Below, one piece after another: positions 39,161 to 48,900 of a stretch of 64,000 bases of DNA; position 1 is the stretch's first letter; every line of letters starts with the position of its first letter. This DNA is from Spirochaetales bacterium (lineage in GTDB: Bacteria > Spirochaetota > Spirochaetia > JABEVK01): positions 64,001 through 128,000 of the forward strand of contig JBAXAI010000001.1 of NCBI GenBank assembly GCA_037142615.1, given 5' to 3'. The position numbers and the translations under genes were made by a program. The notes beneath the pieces were generated by a model. It worked only from the letters and a program-made list of their open reading frames with translations, had not been told where the DNA came from and did not search any database.

Positions 39161-40386
39161 AAAACGCCCTATTCCTGCTCGGCCTGGGCGTACTGGCGCT
39201 TCCGCTGCAGGCCTTCGACTTCGGTGCCTCCGAGAACGAAGCCACCGTCCTCCTGGTCCCCAAGATCACGGCGCCTATCGTAACCCAAACTTCCAAGACC
39301 ACCGCCTACCTTAAGGTTCCCCTGGGGGACTTTGCCCTTCACGCCGAAGGTGTGGCCGATCTCTCTCTGACTTACCTGCCGATGACCGCAATTTCTGCTA
39401 CCAACCCGTCGTTTGCGGATCCCCGCTTTGATCTCGGTCTGGCCAAGCTTTCCGGCCTCATTCCTCTTGGTACCGACGCAAACGGAAAACCAAACGGGGT
39501 GTTGAGCATCGCCTTGGGACGTCTGGGACTCTCGGACCTCAGTGGTTGGGTTCTCGGTGGCAAAGCCGACGGCGCTACCGTGTCGTACTATTCCGGCAAG
39601 TTCCACCTCGATCTGGGCGGTTGGTACACCGGGCTTGTGCTCAAAAAGAACAGTCGCGTCGGCATAGGAGCGCTGGACTCGGCCGACTCATCAGTGAACA
39701 CCAAGCTTTTCGCGCCTTCGAGAGCAATTGGTTCGCTCAATCTGGGCCTCAATGAGGTCTTCCTTCGCCAAGACCTCCAGTGGGAAAACTTGGCGCAATA
39801 TGACCTTCGCTCGAGTGGGGCGTTGGTGCACAGCGCCTACAGCACCCTTGACGTTTCGGGTCCGTTGCTGTTCGGTTTTCGCCACGAAACCTCGGTGACC
39901 GGTGCCGTCGTCGCTACCGATTGGGTGCCCGCTTTCGGTGCCCTCGCGGCAACGCATTGGTCGGCCAACCTACCACTTGGGCGCTTGGTCCTCGATGGAG
40001 CTTGGGCCCGCGGCTTTGACGACAAGTCGGACTTTGTGGCCTTGGCCGGCAAAGGTATGGCAAGCGTGACTTCGTTGCCGTCCTACAACGGGGGCATGGC
40101 CGGTGCCGACTGGTCGTTCAGCCCGGCGCCCAAGGTGAGCACGGGCCTCAAGGCCGATGCGCTGTTCCGTGCCAATACCGCGCGTCCCTCAGGACTGGGT
40201 GGCGTACTCGCCGCTTCGACCGACAGCTGGCTGGGCGCTGAGGCGAGCACCTACGGCAGTTGGGCCGCAAGCGCTGAGTTCAATCTGGGCTGGACTTTGG
40301 GCGCCTTTGTTCCTAACCCTTCGACCGTCGCTGCCAACACGGCTGTGACGTATCTGGCCGTCCTGACGGCTACCTTGGAATTGTGA
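39157..40386 (+). CDS. Predicted outer-membrane beta-barrel protein
   Basis: Signal peptide, many amphipathic beta-strand patterns, terminal strand YLAVLTATLEL. Confidence 0.6.
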   Translation: MKNALFLLGLGVLALPLQAFDFGASENEATVLLVPKITAPIVTQTSKTTAYLKVPLGDFALHAEGVADLSLTYLPMTAISATNPSFADPRFDLGLAKLSGLIPLGTDANGKPNGVLSIALGRLGLSDLSGWVLGGKADGATVSYYSGKFHLDLGGWYTGLVLKKNSRVGIGALDSADSSVNTKLFAPSRAIGSLNLGLNEVFLRQDLQWENLAQYDLRSSGALVHSAYSTLDVSGPLLFGFRHETSVTGAVVATDWVPAFGALAATHWSANLPLGRLVLDGAWARGFDDKSDFVALAGKGMASVTSLPSYNGGMAGADWSFSPAPKVSTGLKADALFRANTARPSGLGGVLAASTDSWLGAEASTYGSWAASAEFNLGWTLGAFVPNPSTVAANTAVTYLAVLTATLEL

Positions 40387-40393
40387 GGACAAC

Positions 40394-41197
40394 ATGAAAA
40401 CAACAATCCTGACCGCGCTTGTCTTGCTGCTTTCGTTCGGCTTGGCCGCCCAAGAGGCGGTTTTCAAGGACGTCAAGGGGAAGGTGGAATACCAACTCGC
40501 CGGTAAAGCCTGGTCTCCCGCCAAGGTGGGAGATTCGATTCCGGCTGGTACGTTGGTTTCGACCGGGTTCAAGAGTACTGCCAGCTTGTCGGTGTTGGGG
40601 TCTCTTATTTCCCTGAAGCCCTTGACCCGTTTGAGCCTCGATGAGCTGGTTAAGAGTGAGACAGGAACCAAGACCAGCCTCAAGTTGCTGTCTGGCAAGG
40701 TAAAAGCCGAAGTACGCCCCAAAACGGCGGCCAACGACCAGGAGTTTGAGGTCAAGGGGCCCAACGCCACCGCTTCGGTGCGCGGTACTGGTCTCGACAC
40801 CGACGGCGAGAGCATCCTTGTTAACCATGGCGAAGTGGAGTTCACCAACAATTTCGGCATCAATCGGTCGGTTCAGGGTGGCGAGTTCACGACCAGCGGC
40901 AGCGGTCCGTCGGTCTCACCTCCCGTATCAGTCAAACCTGCCGCCGCTCCCGCGCTCAAGGACGACGGCACGGTGGACGAGGAAAAGGTCACTGAGCAGG
41001 ATAACCAGGAAGCAGAGAACGGAACCACGGTGGATCTCGAGACGGTTTCCAATGATTTCGGCGACCAAGTGGACACCACGGATACCGGTCCCAGCTTTAC
41101 CGAGGTTCTCGACGAAGTGGTTTCCGAGGTTGTTTCGGATGTAGTCGAACAGACGAACGTTGCCGTTTCCGCCGACCTCACTGTCACCATCCAGTAG
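40394..41197 (+). CDS. FecR-domain protein with acidic C-terminal tail
   Basis: VKGKVE, VGDSI, VSTGFKS, LLSGKVKAEV, FEVKGPNATASVRGT, VNHGEV. Confidence 0.88.
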   Translation: MKTTILTALVLLLSFGLAAQEAVFKDVKGKVEYQLAGKAWSPAKVGDSIPAGTLVSTGFKSTASLSVLGSLISLKPLTRLSLDELVKSETGTKTSLKLLSGKVKAEVRPKTAANDQEFEVKGPNATASVRGTGLDTDGESILVNHGEVEFTNNFGINRSVQGGEFTTSGSGPSVSPPVSVKPAAAPALKDDGTVDEEKVTEQDNQEAENGTTVDLETVSNDFGDQVDTTDTGPSFTEVLDEVVSEVVSDVVEQTNVAVSADLTVTIQ

Positions 41198-41203
41198 CCC
41201 GGG

Positions 41204-42211
41204 ATGGACGTCGAAACTCTCCAGGAGTGGACCGCCCAGTTGTTGCTGGCTTCCGGGGTCGGCGAAAGTGCCGCTCGGGATGCCGCCGAGGTATTTGCCT
41301 TGGCTACCCTTCGCGGCCTGGGGCATCATGATGTGAGCTATCTGCCGCAGCGCCTCGATTGGCTGGCCACCGGGCAGGTCAAGGCCAAGCCTCACCTGTC
41401 ACGGGTGTACCAAGCTCCCGCCAGCGAGGTTTGGGACGGCGACGGCGGTCTAGGTGAGGCGCTTTGCCACCATGTCACCATCAGAGCTATGACGTTGGCT
41501 CGGACCCAGGGCGTCGGCTACGCTTCAGTGCGTCGTTCCAACCACTTTCTCGCGGCGGCACCCTACACCGAGATCGGCTCCCGCGAAGGGTTCCTGCTGG
41601 TCGTCTGGTCGAACACCGACGCGGGAATGGGGTTGCCCAATGGGCATACCCGCCAAATCGGTAACAATCCGCTGGGCTTTGGCATCGGCACCGGAATGGA
41701 TGGCCTGTCGGCCGACCTGAGTCTGGCCTATTCTTCGCTGGGGAATCTCCACGCGTTGGCTGCCACCGGCCAGAGCGTCCCTTCCCACTGGGGACGTAAC
41801 GCCGACGACCAGGTCGCTGCCACCGCGCAGGAACTTCTGGAAGGGGCAGTGGGCCCTATCGGCGGGCACAAGGGGCTTTCGCTCGCACTGCTTGGCGAGG
41901 TTCTCACAGGGGTTCTGTCCGGCGGAACAACGCTGGATGAAATTGCCACTGGGGGCGGGCTCAACACCCACAACCAGATGGCGCTTGCCTTTGATCTTGA
42001 CGCCTTTGGCGGGCGCGGGCCCGTGCTGGAACGGGTGGCCTCGCTTCGAAGCCGGGCTTCTGCCGTAGCCCACGGTGGCCGTTTGCCGGGCGAACGAAGT
42101 CACCGGGCCGCCGCGCAGGCACTGGAACATGGTCTGGTTCTGGCACCAGGGGTTGTCGCCGCGCTGACCGACTGGTCGGCCCGCCTTGGCGTGGCTATCC
42201 CCAGCCACTAA
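41204..42211 (+). CDS. Ldh_2 family oxidoreductase (AllD/ComC-like)
   Basis: LRGLGHH, DGDGGLG, RRSNHF, IGNNPL, IGGHKG, RLPGE. Confidence 0.88.
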   Translation: MDVETLQEWTAQLLLASGVGESAARDAAEVFALATLRGLGHHDVSYLPQRLDWLATGQVKAKPHLSRVYQAPASEVWDGDGGLGEALCHHVTIRAMTLARTQGVGYASVRRSNHFLAAAPYTEIGSREGFLLVVWSNTDAGMGLPNGHTRQIGNNPLGFGIGTGMDGLSADLSLAYSSLGNLHALAATGQSVPSHWGRNADDQVAATAQELLEGAVGPIGGHKGLSLALLGEVLTGVLSGGTTLDEIATGGGLNTHNQMALAFDLDAFGGRGPVLERVASLRSRASAVAHGGRLPGERSHRAAAQALEHGLVLAPGVVAALTDWSARLGVAIPSH

Positions 42212-43206
42212 CACAGTTCAGAATAGTCCAGGCAGCTTTGGATCACAGGGTCGTCAGGGGAATCGAACATCGGGCTCACCGACTGTTGGGCATGAATGCG
42301 GCGCACCGTTTCGGCAAACAACGGCGCCGCTGACAGCGTCACAAATCGGGGGTGGCACTTCGAGTAGGGGTTCGCGACGCTGTTGGTCGTGATGATCTGC
42401 TCAATGGGGCTGGCCTCGAGTCGCGCAATCCCCTCAGGGCGGATGAGGCAATGGCTGAGCACGGCAACGATCCTCCGGGCACCCCTGTCTTTGAGGCCCC
42501 TCGCAAGGTCAGCCAGGGTTCCGCCCGAAATGGTGAAGTCATCGACGATCAGGCAATCGCGTCCGCTGACATCTCCCATGATTTCAACCACCTCGGCCTT
42601 TTCGTCGTGGTTGCGACGGACTTTCTCGCCTACCGCCAGCGGCCAACCCAGGTCGTCGGCGAACTTTCGGGTTTGCTTCAAGAAACCCAGGTCGGGGCTC
42701 ACCAGCACCGGGTCGTGAAACTGCTGGCGGCGCAGGTAGGCCGCAAAAATGGGGAGCGCATAGATGTGGTCCACCGGTTTCTTGAAGAACCCCTGAATCT
42801 GAGGGCTGTGAAGGTCGAAGCAGACAATTCGGTCGGCCCCCGCCAACTCGATGCTCTCTGCGCAAACCCGTGCGCGGATCGACACGCGGGGTTCGTCCTT
42901 TTTGTCGCCCTTGGCATAGCCGAAGTAGGGCAGGATGGCTGTGACCGAACTTGCACTTGCCCGCTTGAAGGCATCCATCCAGAATAGCAATTCGGTGAAC
43001 TCATCGTTGGGATGCAGCGCTATGGGCAGCACCAGATAAACGTTTTGAGACCTGACCGTTTCGCCCACACGAACAAACAGGTTCCCATCCGAGAACTTGC
43101 GCACGTCACTGATTCCCAGTCGGATGCCGAGGTAGCGGCACATGCCCTGGGCGAAGTCTTGTCCGGAGCTTCCGGCGAAAATCTTGATACGGTCCTCAGT
43201 TTCCAT
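42208..43206 (-). CDS. prs: Ribose-phosphate pyrophosphokinase
   Basis: FSDG, PYFGYAKGDKK, DLHSPQIQGFF, SPDLG, IVDDFTISGGT. Confidence 0.93.
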   Translation of the reverse strand: METEDRIKIFAGSSGQDFAQGMCRYLGIRLGISDVRKFSDGNLFVRVGETVRSQNVYLVLPIALHPNDEFTELLFWMDAFKRASASSVTAILPYFGYAKGDKKDEPRVSIRARVCAESIELAGADRIVCFDLHSPQIQGFFKKPVDHIYALPIFAAYLRRQQFHDPVLVSPDLGFLKQTRKFADDLGWPLAVGEKVRRNHDEKAEVVEIMGDVSGRDCLIVDDFTISGGTLADLARGLKDRGARRIVAVLSHCLIRPEGIARLEASPIEQIITTNSVANPYSKCHPRFVTLSAAPLFAETVRRIHAQQSVSPMFDSPDDPVIQSCLDYSELC

Positions 43207-43212
43207 GGACCG

Positions 43213-43254
43213 AGAATACCCGGCCTTGTGGGAATCGGGCAAGCAGTCTAGGAT
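43213..43254. promoter_or_regulatory. Nested divergent leaderless promoters (prs / hemolysin III)
   Basis: Minus: TTGCCC-18-TATTCT, 6 nt to ATG 43206. Plus: TTGTGG-17-TAGGAT, 7 nt to ATG 43262. Confidence 0.55.
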
Positions 43255-43261
43255 GGCGGCC

Positions 43262-43978
43262 ATGATCACCAACTTGCCCACCGAGCGCGTCAACTATTGG
43301 ACCCATTTCCTCGGCTTTTTGGCCTGGATCCCCGTCACGGTTCTGCTCCTGCTTGTCAGCGGCGGCCTTTTGCAACTTTCGCCAGCCTTCTGGCCTCTCG
43401 GTTGGAACGCTGTTCCGACGGTTCGCTGGGACCTGCTTGCCACCTCACTCATTTACGGCCTCGGCGTCATGTTCCTGTTCTTTTGCAGTTCCACTTATCA
43501 CAAGAACAAACGGGCCGAGAACGAGAAATCGTTTTGGCGCACCATGGACCACTTTGCGATTTTCGTAATGATCGCAGCCAGTTACACCCCCGTGGTTTGG
43601 ATCTGGTTTGATCCCGCCTGGAGGGTTCCCACCCTTCTGATCCAGTGGGGCGTCACATTGGCCGGGCTTCTCTTCAAGCTCTTCCTTCCCAAGGCGCCCC
43701 GTTGGATCGACCCCGTCCTGTACGTGCTCATGGGCTGGGTAGCTGTTGTGGACCTCGTTCCTCTGTATCAAAACATGCCAACCATGGTGTTTTTCGACAT
43801 GCTCTGGGGAGGGGCTTGGTACACCGTGGGGGCGGTCATTTACGCGCTCAAGAAACCGAATTTTAAGCCGGGTGTATTCGGATTCCACGAACTGTTTCAC
43901 CTCTTCATTCTTGGCGGTGCGGCGACTCACTGCTCCATGGTGCTGCGGTCTGTGATTGCAACCGCTGGGGCACTCTGA
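43262..43978 (+). CDS. Hemolysin III / PAQR family membrane protein
   Basis: ERVNYWTH, SSTYH, DHFAIFVMIAASYTP, YVLMGW, GFHELFHLF. Confidence 0.92.
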   Translation: MITNLPTERVNYWTHFLGFLAWIPVTVLLLLVSGGLLQLSPAFWPLGWNAVPTVRWDLLATSLIYGLGVMFLFFCSSTYHKNKRAENEKSFWRTMDHFAIFVMIAASYTPVVWIWFDPAWRVPTLLIQWGVTLAGLLFKLFLPKAPRWIDPVLYVLMGWVAVVDLVPLYQNMPTMVFFDMLWGGAWYTVGAVIYALKKPNFKPGVFGFHELFHLFILGGAATHCSMVLRSVIATAGAL

Positions 43979-44128
43979 ACAAACCTTTCGGTGGAACGAC
44001 CGACAAAAACGTAAGTTCTGGGCAACTTGTGAGGGAAGGTCCAGAAAATGGCCCATTTCTGCGCGTGTTTCTGCCAAGACTTCCGTTGGATTGACGGTTT
44101 TTCGGTTTTCTGCTTTAATTTTGCGAAC

Positions 44129-45901
44129 ATGAAACGCTGGCATGACCTTTGGAAAGACCGTTTGCACTCAGCTCTGTCCACGCTTTACAAGCAGGCGGGG
44201 CTTGAGTTTTCTCCTTCGCTGGTTCTGATGGAAGTGCCTCCCAAGCCGGAAATGGGCGATCTCGCTTTCCCGATGTTTCCCCACGCCAGGGCGCTTCGAT
44301 TGGCCCCTCCGTTGCTAGCCCGCCAAATGGCTGAGGCTTTGGGTGCCTACTCCTCCGAGGCGTCGGCGGTACCGCTCGGGCCCTACGTCAACCTGCACTT
44401 TTCGCGAGGCCCGGTTGGCAGTCGGGTGCTGTCAGACGTGGCTCGGGGCGGCGACCAGTACGGCAGATCGACCTCGCTGGCTGACCGTCGGGTCATGCTC
44501 GAATTTTCGAGCCCCAACACCAATAAACCCCTGCATATCGGGCACCTTCGCAACAACACCCTTGGCGAGGCCACCAGCCGTATCCTCCGGGCCAACGGGG
44601 CGCAGGTTCACAAGGTGTGCCTGTTGAACGACCGGGGGATCAATATTTGCCGCTCGATGCTGGCCTACACCAAGTTTTTTGCCGGCAAGACTCCGGATAC
44701 CGAAGGTGTCAAGTCCGACCGCTTTGTCGGCGACGCGTACGTGAAGTTTGGCGAGTGGGCTGCGACCGACCCGACGGCCGAAGAACAGGCGCAGGCGCTC
44801 CTGCTGAAGTGGGAAGCGGGTGACCCTTCCGTCCATGAGTTGTGGAAGACGATGAACGCCTGGGCTTTTTCCGGCGTTTCCCAAACCTACGCGAGGCAGG
44901 GCATCGGATTTGACCGCTTCTACCGCGAGTCGGAGACTTGGCAACTGGGCAAGGATGTCATCCTCCAGGGACTCAAGGCTGGGATTTTTCGATCTCGGGA
45001 CGACGGCGCCGTGGTCGTTGACCTGCCGTGGGTCGATCATTCCAAGGAAGCGGGCGGCGAAACCAATGCGGTCAAGGTGCTTCTGCGCCCCGACGGCACC
45101 TCCATCTACATGACCCAAGACCTCGGTACGGCCATCGCAAGGCACGCTGACTGGGAGTTCAACCAGTTGGTTTACGTGGTTGCCAGCGAGCAGGACTACC
45201 ACTTTCAGGTTCTGTTCCACTGTTTGTCTGTCTTGGGCTACGACTGGTCGAAGAACCTGTTTCACCTGTCGTATGGCATGGTGAAGTTGCCCGATGGCAG
45301 CCGAATCAAGAGCCGCCAAGGCACCACCGCCGATGCCGACGACATTCTCGACGATCTCGAGGCCGGTGCGCTCGAAGAGATCCGGGCCAAGGGCCGCGAG
45401 GAAGAGCTCGAAGACGCCGCCCAAGTTTCCGCTTCCATCGCCAAGGCGGCGCTCCACTACTTTCTTTTGCAAGCAACTCCAGGCAAAGACATGATCTTCG
45501 ACGCCCAGGAATCGCTAAGTTTTAACGGCAATACTGGACCCTACCTGCAGTACATGGGGGCCCGACTGTCGGCCTTGCTGGCCAAGGCCCCTACCGAGGC
45601 ACTGACCTCAATGACGGCCTGTGACCGGCTCACCACCAACGAGGAATGGGAACTGGTCAAATTGCTGGCCAACTATCCCGAACTCGTGATTCAGGCGGGC
45701 AGGGGCCTCGACCCGAGTATTCTGGCCGGTTTCGCCTACGAGCTTGCCAAAAGTTTCGCGCGCTTTTATCACGATTTGCCGGTGCTCAATGCGCCGGAAC
45801 CCGAATTGATCGCCCAGAGAGTGCAATTGTGTGCCAGCGTCCTCCAGGTGCTGAAAAACGTCTTCGAGCTTCTGAACATTCCGTTCTTGCGGAGCATGTG
45901 A
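44129..45901 (+). CDS. argS: Arginine--tRNA ligase
   Basis: MGDLAFP, EFSSPNTNKPLHIGHLRN, NDRG, YMTQDLG, GNTGPYLQY. Confidence 0.96.
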   Translation: MKRWHDLWKDRLHSALSTLYKQAGLEFSPSLVLMEVPPKPEMGDLAFPMFPHARALRLAPPLLARQMAEALGAYSSEASAVPLGPYVNLHFSRGPVGSRVLSDVARGGDQYGRSTSLADRRVMLEFSSPNTNKPLHIGHLRNNTLGEATSRILRANGAQVHKVCLLNDRGINICRSMLAYTKFFAGKTPDTEGVKSDRFVGDAYVKFGEWAATDPTAEEQAQALLLKWEAGDPSVHELWKTMNAWAFSGVSQTYARQGIGFDRFYRESETWQLGKDVILQGLKAGIFRSRDDGAVVVDLPWVDHSKEAGGETNAVKVLLRPDGTSIYMTQDLGTAIARHADWEFNQLVYVVASEQDYHFQVLFHCLSVLGYDWSKNLFHLSYGMVKLPDGSRIKSRQGTTADADDILDDLEAGALEEIRAKGREEELEDAAQVSASIAKAALHYFLLQATPGKDMIFDAQESLSFNGNTGPYLQYMGARLSALLAKAPTEALTSMTACDRLTTNEEWELVKLLANYPELVIQAGRGLDPSILAGFAYELAKSFARFYHDLPVLNAPEPELIAQRVQLCASVLQVLKNVFELLNIPFLRSM

Positions 45902-45921
45902 CAGGTCATAAGGGGAACAAG

Positions 45922-48900
45922 ATGCCCATGGTGAAACGACCCGAGTCCTCCGGACTCTACGATCCTTCTTTTGAAAAAGACTCCTGTGGTGTTGGCTTTC
46001 TGGCTAACATCAAGGGCAAACGGAGCCACCAGATTCTGGTCGATGCGGCCCAGATCCTGTGTCGCATGGATCACCGGGGCGCCAGGGGTGCCGAAGTCAA
46101 CACCGGCGACGGCGCCGGCATCCTTACCGCCCTGCCTTGGGAGTTTCTTGAGAAAGTTGCCAGGCGCGATGCGGGTTTGTCGCTGGGAGCGCGCGGTACC
46201 TGGGCGGCCGGCGTGGTGTTTCTGCCGCAAGACATCTGGGAACGCGAGGCCTGCAAGGCCGAGATCGGCAGTGTGATCGCCGCCCGCGGCCAACGACTGA
46301 TCGGTTGGCGCCAAGTCAAGGTCGATAACTCGTCGCTGGGGCCCAGCGCCAGGGCTGCCGAGCCGGTTGTGGAACAGCTATTCGTCGGTAGCGCCGCTGG
46401 TCTTTCGGCGGATGCGTTCGACCGGCAGCTCTTTTTGATCCGCAAGAAGGTTACCCACGCGCTACGCAGCAAACCTGGTTTTGACAGCCAGTCATTTTTT
46501 TACGTCAGCTCGCTCTCGACACGCATCCTTGTTTACAAAGGCATGCTGACTCCTGATCAGGTATGGAGTTACTACGACGCTGACCTTTCGGATCCCGACT
46601 ACACGACGCATTTGGCCATGGTGCACAGCCGCTTCAGTACCAATACCTTCCCTTCGTGGGACCGGGCACAACCGCTGCGCTGGATGAGCCACAACGGCGA
46701 GATCAACACCGTGCGAGGCAACATCAACAAGATGTTCGCGCGCCAGCAGAGCCTTGCCAGCGACCTCTTCGGCCCCGACCTGAAAGAGGCATTCCCCATC
46801 ATCGAACCCGACCTGTCGGACTCCGGCGACTTCGACAACGTGCTGGAACTCCTCGTCCTGGGCGGCCGGAGCTTGCCGGAAGCGGTGATGATGATGATTC
46901 CCGAGGCGTGGCAAAACCACACCGGGATGGACGCCGAGAAGAAGGCCTTTTACCAATACCAGAGCGCCATCATGGAGCCTTGGGACGGCCCGGCCAGCAT
47001 CGCGTTCACCGACGGCAAGGTCATCGGCGCGGTCTTGGACCGCAATGGACTGCGGCCGAGTCGCTTCTACGTCACCAAGGACGACCTGGTGATCATGGCC
47101 AGCGAAGTCGGCGTCATCGACGTGCCCGAGGCAGATATTCGCCAGAAGGGCCGGCTGCAGCCGGGCAAGATGTTCCTCGTTGATTTCGAGCAGGGGCGCA
47201 TCATCGACGACGCCGAGCTCAAGGCCGGCATTGCCAAGGCCCGACCGTACGGCGAATGGGTCAAGAACCAAAAGGTGACACTCGCCGACCTGAAGAGCGA
47301 CCAAGCCGCCCATGGTTTTCACCCCGAATCGGTTAACCAGCGCATCAACGCCTTCGGCTACACTCACGAAACGCTCAAGGTGATCCTCAAGGCCATGGCC
47401 GAAAGTGGTCAGGAGCCTCTCGGGTCCATGGGCAACGACGCTGCCCTCGCAGTTCTGTCCGAGAAGCCCCGCATGATGTACGACTACTTCAAGCAGTTGT
47501 TCGCGCAGGTGACCAACCCGCCCATCGACTCGATCCGCGAAGAGATCGTCATGAGCCTTGAAAGCTTCATCGGCCCCGAGCACAACCTGCTGTCGGTCAC
47601 CGAAGCCCATGCTCACCGGCTGTACCTGTCCAACCCGCTGCTCACGAACGAGCAATTGGCGGCGCTGAAGAACAGCCAGGTCAAGGGGTGGAAGTCGAAA
47701 GTCGTCGACATCACTTTCGCCAAACTCGAGGGTGCGGCCGGTCTGCGAGCCGCGCTGGAACGCATCACCCTCGAGGCTCAGACCGCTCTGGAGTCCGGTT
47801 TTTCTCTGGTGATCCTCAGCGACCGTGCCATCAGCGCCGACCGGGTCCCTGTCTCGGCACTGTTGGCCACCGGGGCTGTTCACCACCACCTGACCCGCCT
47901 GGAACGCCGCAACCAGATAGGCCTGCTGATCGAATCGGGCGAACCGCGCGAGGTGCACCACTATTGCATGCTCGCCGGTTACGGCGCCGACGCCGTCAAC
48001 CCATACCTGGCGTTCGAAACCTTGGAGCGCATGCTCCTCGACGATCGCTATGACGGCAAGCACACGCTCGAGGACCTGTTGGACCACTACCTGAAGGCCG
48101 TCGCCAAGGGCATGCGGAAGGTGTTCGGCAAGATGGGCATCTCCACCCTTGAGAGTTACAAGGGCTCACAGATCTTCGAGGCTGTCGGTCTCGATAAGGA
48201 AGTGATCGACAAAGCCTTTGTCGGCACCGCCAGCCGAATCAAAGGTGCGGGCTTCGAAGCCCTCGGAAACGAGGCGCTGCAACGCCATGCCTTCGGCTAT
48301 CCTGACGGAAACCCCGACCGTTTCGACTCGCTTCCCAATCCCGGCGACTATCACTACCGCTTCGGCGGCGAAAAGCACATGTGGGACCCCGAGTCGATTG
48401 CCGACCTTCAGCGCGCGGTGTGGCAAAACGATAAGGCCGCCTATCAGCGGTTTTCGTCCCGTCAGTCCGAGCGCAACACCAATCAAGCGACGCTGCACGG
48501 ACTGTTCAAGTTCAAGGCCGGTACGGCGCCCCTTTCGCTCGACGAAGTAGAGCCGGCTTCGGCCCTGGTGAAGCGCTTCGTCACCGGCGCCATGAGCTAC
48601 GGTTCCATCAGCCGCGAGGCGCACGAGACCTTGGCCATCGCGATGAACCGACTCGGCGGCAAGTCGAACACCGGCGAGGGTGGTGAAGACGTCGAACGTT
48701 TTGCCCGCTTGCCCAACGGCGATTCCAAGCGCTCAGCCATCAAGCAGGTCGCTTCGGGCCGCTTTGGCGTGAGCATCAACTACCTCACCAACGCCGACGA
48801 AATCCAAATCAAGATGGCCCAGGGTGCCAAACCCGGTGAGGGTGGAGAGTTGCCGGGGGACAAGGTCGACAAGAACATCGCCAAGACCCGCAACTCGACG

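Noticed and set aside
44091-44129. argS, ileS and rimO as further leaderless genes
   Set aside because: They lack an SD and have promoter-like boxes, but the spacing to the ATG is ambiguous (7-9 nt), so they were not counted.
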